From Myxococcota bacterium (GTDB lineage: Bacteria > Myxococcota > XYA12-FULL-58-9 > JALHOP01): a stretch of DNA of 45,950 nucleotides. This document shows, piece after piece, positions 17,118 through 25,867 of this stretch (positions are counted from its first letter, which is position 1; every line of letters begins with the position of its first letter). The notes beneath the pieces are model-generated. The model was not told the DNA's origin. It was given only the letters and a program-made list of their open reading frames with translations, and made no database searches. Both the position numbers and the translations under genes were made by a program. The stretch lies in assembly GCA_041288095.1 (NCBI GenBank), contig JBGGMJ010000196.1, positions 1 through 45,950 on the forward strand, read 5' to 3'.

Positions 17118-18144
17118 GCGCGCGGCGCTCCTCACGGCTCTCGTCTTCTTGTGCGCTTGTCGCATCGAGCGCGTTGCTCCCAATGGCGGCGGACCGGCCC
17201 CGACGTGCGAGACCACACCACGCGGCGACGTATGGGTCTACACCTCCGTTTACAAGACCGTCCTCGATCGCCTCGAGCCATTGCTGCGCGAGCGCATGCC
17301 CGAGGTGAAGGTGCAATGGTTCCAGGCGGGTGGCGAGAAGCTGCAAGCGCGCATCGAGGCGGAGATCGCGGCCGGCGGCGTGCAAGCCGACGTCATCATG
17401 GCGAGCGACCCGTTCCTCTACGAGCGCTTCAAGGAAGAGGGCCTGCTCGCACCGTATGCCTCGGTACACGCGCTGAAGATGCCGCGCACCATGGTCGACC
17501 CCGACGCGACGTACACCGCGGCGCGCGTGGGCACGATGATCATCGTCGCGAAGAGCGACATGAAGGACCCGCCAAAGTCATTCCGCGATCTCTCCTCCGA
17601 ACGCTATCGCGGACGCATCGCGATTGGCGACCCGCTCTCGTCCGGCACCGCCACGAGCTGGGCGTACTTCATGAACCGCGCCTATGGCGTGCAGTATTTC
17701 CGCGACCTGCGGGCGAACCGCGCCGTAGTCGCGGGCGGCAACGCGGCGGTGTTGCAGAAGGTGGAGAGCGGCGAGGCCGACGCGGGCGTGCTCCTCATGG
17801 AGAACGCGCTGGTCGCGCGCGGCAATGGCTCGCGCATCGTCATCATCTATCCCGAGGACGGGCCGGTCGTGATCCCCGGACACGTCGCCACCTTCAAGTC
17901 AGCGCGCAACCCGGTCGCGGCGCGTGCCTTTATCGACGTCATGCTGTCGCCCGAAGGCCAGAAGGCCATCGTCGAGATTGGCGATATGCACGCCGCCGAT
18001 CCGCGCCTGCCGGGGCCGCGTGGTGAGCCGCCGCTCGAAGAGCTCTTGAAGCGCGGCATGCCGTGGAACGACGCGGTGCTCCCGGAAGGCGTCGCGCGGA
18101 TCCCGGCCATGAAGCAGGCCTTCAGCGAGATCTTCGGGCGATGA
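17116..18144 (+). CDS. ABC transporter substrate-binding lipoprotein (Fe3+/polyamine/thiamine class)
   Basis: Lipobox LCAC; VWVYTS, ADVI, DPLSSGTA, IIYPEDG, ARAFID..LSPEGQ. Confidence 0.88.
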   Translation: MRAALLTALVFLCACRIERVAPNGGGPAPTCETTPRGDVWVYTSVYKTVLDRLEPLLRERMPEVKVQWFQAGGEKLQARIEAEIAAGGVQADVIMASDPFLYERFKEEGLLAPYASVHALKMPRTMVDPDATYTAARVGTMIIVAKSDMKDPPKSFRDLSSERYRGRIAIGDPLSSGTATSWAYFMNRAYGVQYFRDLRANRAVVAGGNAAVLQKVESGEADAGVLLMENALVARGNGSRIVIIYPEDGPVVIPGHVATFKSARNPVAARAFIDVMLSPEGQKAIVEIGDMHAADPRLPGPRGEPPLEELLKRGMPWNDAVLPEGVARIPAMKQAFSEIFGR

Positions 18145-19790
18145 GGCGCCCCGATGCGACGACGTGGACCGCCTGGGCCTTGGCGGCATTGCTCGTCGCT
18201 TTCGCGGTCGGACCGATCGTCGGACTGGTCTCGCGCGGCGTGCTCGATCCGGAGATCCTGCGACGCGAGCTGCAAAGCGCCGGAGCCATGGCGGCGGTGT
18301 GGGCGACGCTCCGAACCTCGCTCGGCGCGACTTTGGTCGCCGTCGTGCTCGGCGTGCCACTGGCGTTCCTACTCGAGCGGACGAACCTTGCGGGACGTCG
18401 CCTGTTTGCTTTGGCGTTCACGAGCCTCATCGCCCTGCCTCCCTTCATCCTCGGCATGGGCTGGATTCAGCTCGCGAGCCCGACCGCCGGATACCTGAAC
18501 CGCGCGGGGAGCTGGGTCGACATCTACGGCGCGCCGGGGATCGCCTTCGTTACCGGGACCAGCGGCTTGCCCCTGGTAATCCTGGCGACGCAAGCGGCTC
18601 TGGCGCGCGTCGACAGCTCGCTAGAGGAGGCCGCGCGCATGAGCGGGGCTTCGCCGCTGCGCGCGATTCGCGACGCCACCCTACCCCTCGTGCTGCCGGC
18701 CATCGTCTCCGGTGCCCTACTCGTTTTCTTGTCCGCTTCAGCGGCGTTCGGGGTGCCGTACATGTTGGGCGTCGCCACCGCCACGCCGATGCACGTCCTC
18801 ACGACGCGCATCTACACGCATCTGCTCAAGGGCGGCGCCTCGGGTCTCGCGGAAGCATCCGCGGCATCCGCGATCTTACTCGTCATCGCGATGGTCGCGC
18901 TCGCCGGCAGCGCCGTCGCCGGCCGCCGCGGTCGCGTGCGTCTCTCCGCCGGCAAAGGCGTGGTGGTGCAACGACTCGACCTCGGCCGCTATCGCTGGCC
19001 GTTGAGCGTAGCGGTGGCGCTCGTCGCTTTCGTGATCGTCGTTCTGCCACTCGCGGCCGTCGTCGTCACCTCGCTCCTCGCGAACGCCTCGCTGCCAATC
19101 GCCGTCGAGAGCTTCACCACGGCTCACTGGCACGAGGTGCTCCTCAACCATCGCACCGTGAGCGCGGCGCTACGCAGCTTCGCCTTGGCCGGCGTCACCG
19201 GGCTCGTCGTCTGTGTGCTCGGCCTCGTCATTGGCGTTACCCGCAGCCGCTTTAGCGGACGTGCCGCGGAACAACTCGCGCTCTGGCCCTATGCGGTCCC
19301 CGGGACGGTCGTCGCCATGGCCTTGCTCACCGTCTACAGCATGGACATCCGCTTCATCGCCGTCGATCGCGTCGCCGTCGTGTTGTCGCTCGCCAACACC
19401 CTCACCATGGTGCTGCTTGCCTACGTCGCGAAGTATCTCGCCATCGGCTCGCGCAACGTCGTCGACGGCATGAACCAGCTCGATCCGACGCTCGCCGAAG
19501 CAGCGCGCTTGTGCGGTGCGTCGCCACGACGTGCCTTCGTCGACGTCGTCCTGCCGCGTCTGCGCGGTCCCCTCACCGCGACCTTCGTGCTCACGTTCCT
19601 GCTCTGCGTCACCGAGCTCACCATGTCGGTGCTCATCGCGCCGCCCGGCCGTGACCTACTCGGCACCCTGCTCTTCGATTTGCAGAGCTACGCGGATCCG
19701 GCGTCGGCCTCGGTGCTCGCCTGCGCGGTGGTGCTCGTCGTCGTCCTCGGCCTCGCGTTCACCTCCCTAGCCCCACGGAGTCGCGCCTGA
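18141..19790 (+). CDS. ABC transporter permease (FbpB-type, two TM modules)
   Basis: Two EAA loops (LEEAARMSGAS, LAEAARLCGAS); ATGA overlap with the upstream stop. Confidence 0.9.
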   Translation: MRRPDATTWTAWALAALLVAFAVGPIVGLVSRGVLDPEILRRELQSAGAMAAVWATLRTSLGATLVAVVLGVPLAFLLERTNLAGRRLFALAFTSLIALPPFILGMGWIQLASPTAGYLNRAGSWVDIYGAPGIAFVTGTSGLPLVILATQAALARVDSSLEEAARMSGASPLRAIRDATLPLVLPAIVSGALLVFLSASAAFGVPYMLGVATATPMHVLTTRIYTHLLKGGASGLAEASAASAILLVIAMVALAGSAVAGRRGRVRLSAGKGVVVQRLDLGRYRWPLSVAVALVAFVIVVLPLAAVVVTSLLANASLPIAVESFTTAHWHEVLLNHRTVSAALRSFALAGVTGLVVCVLGLVIGVTRSRFSGRAAEQLALWPYAVPGTVVAMALLTVYSMDIRFIAVDRVAVVLSLANTLTMVLLAYVAKYLAIGSRNVVDGMNQLDPTLAEAARLCGASPRRAFVDVVLPRLRGPLTATFVLTFLLCVTELTMSVLIAPPGRDLLGTLLFDLQSYADPASASVLACAVVLVVVLGLAFTSLAPRSRA

Positions 19791-20806
19791 GCGTTCGTGC
19801 CAAAAACCTCCGGAAGTCCTACGGCAAGACCCACGTCGTCCGCGATTTGTCCCTCGACATCGCGCCGGGCGAGATGGTGGCCCTGCTCGGACCGTCGGGC
19901 TGCGGCAAGACCACGACCCTGCGCATGATCGCCGGTTTGAACCGCGTCGACGCCGGCACCCTGCACATCGGCGACCGCCTTGTGGACGACGGCCGCACCT
20001 TCGTCGCGCCGGAGAAGCGCGCGCTCGGCATGGTCTTCCAGAGCTACGCCATCTGGCCACACATGTCGGTCGCCGAGAACGTCGCCTATCCGCTGCAGCG
20101 GAAGGGCCTGGCGAAAGGCGCCATCGAAACCTCGGTGCTGCATGCTCTCGATCTCGTGCGCCTCACCACGATGCGCGACCGCATGCCGCATCAGCTCTCG
20201 GGCGGACAGCTACAGCGTGTTGCCTTGGCCCGCGCCTTGGTGCGCGAGCCGGAGGTGCTACTGCTCGACGAGCCGCTCTCGAACCTCGACGCCGCGTTGC
20301 GCGAAGAGCTGCGCGCCGAGATCGCGGCGCTCCGCTCCCGCGTACGCACGACCATGGTCTACGTCACTCACGACCAAGGCGAAGCGCTGGCTCTCGCCAA
20401 CCGCATCGCGGTGATGAACCACGGTGTCATCGAGCAGCTGGCCGCGCCGCAGACGGTCTACGACGACCCGGCCACACCCTTCGTCGCGAGCTTCGTGGGT
20501 GGCGCCAATATCCTGCGCGGCTTCGTCGACAGTGGGCACTTCGTGAGCCACGAGACGCGCTTCGCCCTGCCGACCGACATGACCTTCGAAACCGGCCCCG
20601 GTACCCTCGTCGTGCGCGCCGAGGACCTCGAGGTCGGCATGTTCGGAACGGCGTTGCCCATGTCCGCCCGCCTCTTCCTGGGACACGCGACCGAATATCG
20701 CTTCGCCCTGGGGAGCACGTCGCTGCGTGCCACGGGACCGCACCTGACCCTCGACGAGCCGCGCCTCACCATCAAGCGGGCGAAGCTCTTCGCGCCCACA
20801 TTGTAG
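19787..20806 (+). CDS. ABC transporter ATP-binding subunit (FbpC/PotA-type); probable CTG start
   Basis: GPSGCGKTT, LSGGQLQR, LLLDEP, VTHDQ; in-frame LSVRAKNLRKSYG lies upstream of the ORF-track start. Confidence 0.88.
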   Translation: MSVRAKNLRKSYGKTHVVRDLSLDIAPGEMVALLGPSGCGKTTTLRMIAGLNRVDAGTLHIGDRLVDDGRTFVAPEKRALGMVFQSYAIWPHMSVAENVAYPLQRKGLAKGAIETSVLHALDLVRLTTMRDRMPHQLSGGQLQRVALARALVREPEVLLLDEPLSNLDAALREELRAEIAALRSRVRTTMVYVTHDQGEALALANRIAVMNHGVIEQLAAPQTVYDDPATPFVASFVGGANILRGFVDSGHFVSHETRFALPTDMTFETGPGTLVVRAEDLEVGMFGTALPMSARLFLGHATEYRFALGSTSLRATGPHLTLDEPRLTIKRAKLFAPTL

Positions 20807-20875
20807 GACGATATCTCCGTAAAAATGTTGGAATAACCCTGTGCGCTCTTGCGGCTCGTGACGCTGGCGTCGGAT

Positions 20876-22018
20876 ATGCTCTTCATCGTGAAAGTTTCGT
20901 TTCTCCCCCTCCTCGCCCTGCTCTCTTTCCCCTTTTCATCGCGTGCGGCCGACGTGCCGGCGACGGTGCCCGCGACGACCCTGGTGCCGCCGACCATCGA
21001 AGCGGACGACAGCGACGAGGCGGACGATGACGACGACGAAACCGTCGACAGCGGCGAAGGTGAGTCACGCGAAGCAACGCCCGGCATCGACCCGGGCGTC
21101 GTCTACTCGAGCGACCTGAGCGACACGGACCTCGCGAAGCGCTTCGTCTCCGACCTCGGGTCGCTGGGCTCGATGTCGCTCGGCTTCGCCGACGAGGGCC
21201 GCCTGATCAACGCCATGCAGATGCCCGCTGGGCCGGGCTGGACCGTGGTGATGCCGTCGCACGCATGGGGAACCCGCGAGACCATCGAGGCATTGATGAC
21301 GTCCGCCAAAGCGGTCCAGGCCCGCTTCCCCGGAAGCTCCCCGCTACGCATCAATCACATCAGCCAGAAGGACGGGGGCTACGTCCGCCCGCACAAGAGC
21401 CACCAGTCCGGCCGCGACGTCGACCTCGGTTTCTTCTACGACGCCGACGCCGGCCCGACGAACATCCGCGATCGCAGGCCGGTGATGGACGCCGCCCTCA
21501 ACTGGGCGCTGCTGCGCGAGCTGGTCACCCGCGCCGACGTCCAGGTCGTCCTCGTCGACCGCCGCATCGGCACCTTCCTCCACGATTACGCGCTGAGCAT
21601 CGGCGAGGACCCGGCTTGGCTACGCTCGCTGTTCGTCGGCCCGCAGCCGCTCATCCAGCATGCACGCCGGCACCGTGATCACTTCCACGTGCGTTTCTTC
21701 TCGCCGCGCTCGCAGGAGCTCGGCCGCCGCATCCAGCCGCTGCTCGCCAAGCGTCCCGACACCAACATGATGATCTACCGTGTCCGCTCCGGCGACACGC
21801 TCGGCCACATTGCTTCGCGCTACAACAGCAGCATCGAAGCCATCAAGCGCGCGAATCACATGAAGACGAGCTTCCTATCGATCGCCCGCAGCTTGGTCGT
21901 GCCGCTCCGTGGTCCATGCACCCGCTGCCCGTTGCCGCCGCCGGTCGTCATCCCGGCCAAGCGCCTGCCGCCCGAGCAGAGCGCGGAAATTACAGCCGCG
22001 CAGCCAGCACGGTCGTGA
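20876..22018 (+). CDS. Penicillin-insensitive murein endopeptidase (MepA/M74-like) with C-terminal LysM
   Basis: Signal peptide, GRLINA, WGTRET, HKSHQSGRDVD, HRDHFHVR; LysM YRVRSGDTLGHIASRY. Confidence 0.85.
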   Translation: MLFIVKVSFLPLLALLSFPFSSRAADVPATVPATTLVPPTIEADDSDEADDDDDETVDSGEGESREATPGIDPGVVYSSDLSDTDLAKRFVSDLGSLGSMSLGFADEGRLINAMQMPAGPGWTVVMPSHAWGTRETIEALMTSAKAVQARFPGSSPLRINHISQKDGGYVRPHKSHQSGRDVDLGFFYDADAGPTNIRDRRPVMDAALNWALLRELVTRADVQVVLVDRRIGTFLHDYALSIGEDPAWLRSLFVGPQPLIQHARRHRDHFHVRFFSPRSQELGRRIQPLLAKRPDTNMMIYRVRSGDTLGHIASRYNSSIEAIKRANHMKTSFLSIARSLVVPLRGPCTRCPLPPPVVIPAKRLPPEQSAEITAAQPARS

Positions 22019-22097
22019 AAAATGGGGACAGCTACCATTTTCCAAGCAGCGCAACCGAGTCATCGAAGGGAAAATGGTAGCTGTCCCCATTTTTCAC
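22015..22097. repeat. Perfect 29-bp inverted repeat with 25-nt spacer (REP doublet/REPIN-like; possible bidirectional terminator)
   Basis: GTGAAAAATGGGGACAGCTACCATTTTCC (22015-22043) and its exact reverse complement (22069-22097). Confidence 0.9.
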
Positions 22098-22484
22098 TGA
22101 CGGTCGCCGCGTGCGCACCGTCTTCAAAATGAGCGGAATCGACACGTAGCCCGCCTCGGTCGACGGGGGAAAACGCCAGCGCGAGAGCTGCTGCAACATG
22201 CAGGTCGCCACCGGCACGAGTTGGGCATCGCTTACGCGCGCCGCGGGAACATGGGGTCGCCCGTCCTGCATGATTAGCGCGCGCAGCACGATGCGGCCGT
22301 TCACGCCGTCGTTCATCGCGAGAGCCCGCGCATAACAAGCCTCGAGCGCGGCGGAGTGCACATCGAGCACCTCGCCTATGGCGGCGCTGCGCTCACCGTC
22401 GACGGCCACCTCGACACGCATGCTCGCGCAACCGCAGAAGGCCGCGGACGTCATGAAGGCGATGACGCGAAGCGTTGGGCACAT
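22032..22484 (-). CDS. Lipoprotein with AgmX/PglI (TonB-C-like) C-terminal domain
   Basis: LEACYARAL...GRIVL...I..DGR, VATCM.....WRFP, VSIPLIL; start uncertain; 3' end runs through the inverted repeat. Confidence 0.65.
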   Translation of the reverse strand: MCPTLRVIAFMTSAAFCGCASMRVEVAVDGERSAAIGEVLDVHSAALEACYARALAMNDGVNGRIVLRALIMQDGRPHVPAARVSDAQLVPVATCMLQQLSRWRFPPSTEAGYVSIPLILKTVRTRRPSVKNGDSYHFPFDDSVALLGKW

Positions 22485-22550
22485 GCGATCAATATAGCGC
22501 CAGTGTTTCGCAGTTGACACCCGCGGTGCGCGGGGCCCAATACGCCCGCA

Positions 22551-23189
22551 ATGCCACGCGAGTCATTCCAGCACATCATTCAGGGTGTTCGTCGGTTCCA
22601 GCGCGAGGTCTTCCCTTCGATGGCGGACAGCTTCCGAAAGCTCGAGCAAGGGCAGACACCATCGACTCTTTTCGTGACCTGCGCCGATTCACGCGTCAAT
22701 CCGCAGCTCCTGACGAGCACGGATCCTGGTGAGATCTTCGTCGCTCGCTCCATCGGCAACCTGATTCCGCCGCACGGCAGTGGCGACCGTGGGACCGCCG
22801 CGCTCATCGAATACGCCGTGCAGGTCCTGCAGGTGGAGCACGTCGTCGTTTGCGGCCATTCGCAGTGCGGCGCTGTCAAAAGCCTGCTCGACCCTGATGA
22901 CGACGCGACAGTCCCCCGGGTCACCGAATGGCTCCATTACGCCGAAACGGCCCGTGCCACGACCCAGGCCTTGGCCGAAAAAGCCCCTGCAAACGAGAAG
23001 TTGAAGGTTGCGACCCAGCACAACGTGGCCGCCCAGCTGGCCAACGCCCGCACCTACCCCGCTATCGCGGCATCGGTCGCTTTAGGCAAACTTCAGCTGC
23101 ACGGGTGGTATTATGACATCGGTAGCGGCGGCGTCGATTCCCTGGATCCGGTGCGAAACACCTTCCATCCGCTCTCAGCGGACGCTTGA
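22551..23189 (+). CDS. Beta-class carbonic anhydrase
   Basis: GQTP, TCADSRV, PGEIFVARSIGN, VCGHSQCGA, LHGWYYDI. Confidence 0.95.
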   Translation: MPRESFQHIIQGVRRFQREVFPSMADSFRKLEQGQTPSTLFVTCADSRVNPQLLTSTDPGEIFVARSIGNLIPPHGSGDRGTAALIEYAVQVLQVEHVVVCGHSQCGAVKSLLDPDDDATVPRVTEWLHYAETARATTQALAEKAPANEKLKVATQHNVAAQLANARTYPAIAASVALGKLQLHGWYYDIGSGGVDSLDPVRNTFHPLSADA

Positions 23190-23211
23190 GAAACTCTCTA
23201 GGAGTCACCCA

Positions 23212-24162
23212 ATGAAAGCATCCCTTGGGTTCATGGTTCTGTCCCTGCTCGTCGTAGGCTGCGCGACTACCAAGTCGCCCGTGCGGGCAGGCCCGCCTTC
23301 ACCGTGCGCCAAGGAGCTGATGGACCAAGGCTACGTCAGTGGGCGCGCCTCGAAGGACTCCGCTGAAGCGTACTGCACGCAATACAGTCCGGGCGAGATT
23401 GCCATCGCCAAGGACCTCCACGACAGGAAGTACGAGCCGCGCTTCGCCGAAGGCCTATCCACCGCGCACCAGTATACCCCCGCGCAGATCGCCTGCGCCA
23501 AGAAGGAGCGAGATAGCGGTGGCAGCGGCAGCCGCTTCCAGGTGCCGGAGACGTGCGTCGACGCGACATTTCATGACTCGACCACGACAATCAGCGCCAC
23601 GCGCGGCATGTCGACGGCGCCAGCGGCGGCCACGGCGCCCGCCGAATCCGCTCCCGCTCCGTCCGCGAAAGCGGCTCCGGCATCGAGCCCTGCCCCAAGC
23701 TCTGGCTCGCTAGCGGCGACCGCCGCAACGGACGCCAAGACCAACTCGCTCTACGACGTGCTCTCGGCCGACAAGCGCTTCAGCAAGTTCTTGTCGCTCG
23801 TCGAATACGTCGGTCTCACCAAGAACCTGAAGAGCGGTGGCCCATGGACGGTGATGGCGCCGACCAATGCCGCCATCGGCCGCTATCCCGGCGGCTATGA
23901 CGCGCTCAAAGCGAAGCCCGACAAGCTCAAGGTCATCATGACGCTGCACCTCGTGGATGCGGCGCGGCCGAGCTCGGACCTCAGGCTCCCCGACAAGAAA
24001 GGCGTCACCGGGAAGCGCTGGCCGACGGCCCAAGGTCGACACCTGACGCTCACCGAAAAAGGTGGGCGCATCTTCATCAACGACGACATCAAGGTGACCA
24101 AGGCGGACGTCCCAGCGGACAACGGCCTGATCTACATCATCGACACGGTGATCACGCCCTAG
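23212..24162 (+). CDS. Fasciclin (FAS1) domain lipoprotein
   Basis: Lipobox VVGC; AGGAG SD; FAS1 H1 WTVMAPTNAA and H2 ADNGLIYIIDTVI; Ala/Pro/Ser linker. Confidence 0.85.
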   Translation: MKASLGFMVLSLLVVGCATTKSPVRAGPPSPCAKELMDQGYVSGRASKDSAEAYCTQYSPGEIAIAKDLHDRKYEPRFAEGLSTAHQYTPAQIACAKKERDSGGSGSRFQVPETCVDATFHDSTTTISATRGMSTAPAAATAPAESAPAPSAKAAPASSPAPSSGSLAATAATDAKTNSLYDVLSADKRFSKFLSLVEYVGLTKNLKSGGPWTVMAPTNAAIGRYPGGYDALKAKPDKLKVIMTLHLVDAARPSSDLRLPDKKGVTGKRWPTAQGRHLTLTEKGGRIFINDDIKVTKADVPADNGLIYIIDTVITP

Positions 24163-24989
24163 GGCACTGCCAGCGCGTAGTCAGCGGCCGCGGAGACCTG
24201 CTCCGCGGTCGGCCGGATGCCGGTGTAGAGCGCGAACTGCTCGACCGCTTGCAAGACGATGACCTCACCGCCGGTGATCACGGTCTTTCCGGCCGCTCGA
24301 CCGGCGCGCACCAGCGGTGTCTCGACCGGCACGGCGACGACATCGAAGACGACGTCCGCTTTGGCGATGACCTCCTCCGGAAACGCCAGCGCACGGGCTT
24401 CCGGCCCCCCCTGCATGCCGATGGGCGTGACGTTCACCAGCATCCGTGGGCGCGACGCACCGAGCGTCTCTTGCCAGCCGTAACCGTAGCGCGCGGCCAG
24501 CGCGCCGCCGGTCTCGCGGTTGCGCGCCACCACCGTGCCGCGTGTGAAGCCGGCATCGCGTAGCGCCGCGGTCACCGCCTTGGCCATGCCGCCACTGCCG
24601 TGCAGCGCGAAGTCCGCCCCGGGAGCGACGCCGTGCTTGGCGAGAAGCGGCGCGATGGCGCCATAGTCGGTATTGTGTCCGGTGAGCTTGCCACCGTCGT
24701 TGACGATGGTGTTGACCGAGTCGATCGCTTTAGCGGACGCGTCCAAGGCATCCAGCATCGGAATGCATGCCTCCTTGAAGGGCATGGACACGGCGCAACC
24801 GCGGATACCGAGCGCCCGGATCCCCGCGACCACGCTGGCGAGATCGATGGTGGTGAAGGCCTTGTAGATCCAGTCGAGACCGAGCGCTTCGTAGAGATGG
24901 TTGTGGAAACGCGAGCCGAAGGTTCCGGGACGCGCCGAGAGCGACATGCAGAGAACGGTGTCGCGGCCGATGGTGCGGCGGTCAGTCAT
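24159..24989 (-). CDS. Shikimate dehydrogenase-like protein (SdhL subclass)
   Basis: LCMSLSARP..FG.RFHN, VSMPFKE, SVNTIV, NTDY, GSGGMAKA, NVTPIGM, QAVEQF. Confidence 0.9.
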   Translation of the reverse strand: MTDRRTIGRDTVLCMSLSARPGTFGSRFHNHLYEALGLDWIYKAFTTIDLASVVAGIRALGIRGCAVSMPFKEACIPMLDALDASAKAIDSVNTIVNDGGKLTGHNTDYGAIAPLLAKHGVAPGADFALHGSGGMAKAVTAALRDAGFTRGTVVARNRETGGALAARYGYGWQETLGASRPRMLVNVTPIGMQGGPEARALAFPEEVIAKADVVFDVVAVPVETPLVRAGRAAGKTVITGGEVIVLQAVEQFALYTGIRPTAEQVSAAADYALAVP

Positions 24990-25001
24990 GATGCTGCGCG
25001 G

Positions 25002-25532
25002 TCATGCCCCGCAGGAGCAGTCGAAGCAACCATGCTCGGCACAGGCGCCACAGGCTTGCAGGACGTGCTTGCGCAGCGCTTCCCGCGCCCGATGCACGCG
25101 CACCGCGGCGGCGTTGGGCGTGATGCCGCTCTCGGCGGCGTAGTCCTTCACCGGCAGCTCGTCGACCTCGACGCGCGCGATGGCTTCGGCGTATTCGGGC
25201 TTGAGCGAATCCTTCAACGCGGCGACGCATTTGCACACGCGCCCCTCGAGCTCGGTGTCGTCGTACGCGGGCTCGGCGTTCGCCAGGCGGTCGGTGGCAC
25301 GGCCCGCCCTGCTCCGCCGGCGGTGCTCGTCCGTGATGGCGTTGCGGAGGATCTGATAGAACCAGGCGCGCACCGAGGTGTCGTCGCGCACCGAGCCTTC
25401 CCGCTCGAGGCCGCGCTTGGCTGCGTCCTGCAAGATGTCCTCGGCGATTGCGCGGTCGCCGATGCGTTTCTCGACGAAGCCGAGGAGCTCGGCGCGGTTC
25501 TTCGCTAGCAGTGTCGCGAGACGGTCACTCAT
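25002..25532 (-). CDS. CorE-like metal-dependent ECF sigma factor
   Basis: sigma2 AEDILQD...WFYQILRN, CxC (VCKCV) between sigma2 and sigma4, sigma4 VRVHRAR, C-terminal Cys-rich CGACAEHGCFDCSC. Confidence 0.88.
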   Translation of the reverse strand: MSDRLATLLAKNRAELLGFVEKRIGDRAIAEDILQDAAKRGLEREGSVRDDTSVRAWFYQILRNAITDEHRRRSRAGRATDRLANAEPAYDDTELEGRVCKCVAALKDSLKPEYAEAIARVEVDELPVKDYAAESGITPNAAAVRVHRAREALRKHVLQACGACAEHGCFDCSCGA

Positions 25533-25867
25533 GGCTTCACCACGAGACTCCCTTTCACCATGTTCATACCGCAGCGAAACGCCACCTCACCGCTGGCCTG
25601 CGCCGGTACTTCGACGACGACCTCTTTGCCCACCGGCAGCTCCCGCGTGATGCCGAGCGAGGGAAACACGATGTCCTTGGTGCAAGGCGTGTACTCCTTG
25701 CGCAGCACCTTGAGACGCACCGCTTCACCGGGTGCGATCTCGATGCGGCTGGGGGCGTAGGCGCCTTTGTCGACGACGATCTGGATCTCACGAATCGGAG
25801 GAGCTTCCGCCCGCGCGACGAGCCCGGTCAGCACAAGCAGCGACAAGGCGAGAACGAGAGCTTTCAT
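25529..25867 (-). CDS. Exported cupredoxin-domain protein
   Basis: Signal peptide; Y.PSRIE...GE.VRL, C...IVFP, F.CGMNM.KG. Confidence 0.85.
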   Translation of the reverse strand: MKALVLALSLLVLTGLVARAEAPPIREIQIVVDKGAYAPSRIEIAPGEAVRLKVLRKEYTPCTKDIVFPSLGITRELPVGKEVVVEVPAQASGEVAFRCGMNMVKGSLVVKP

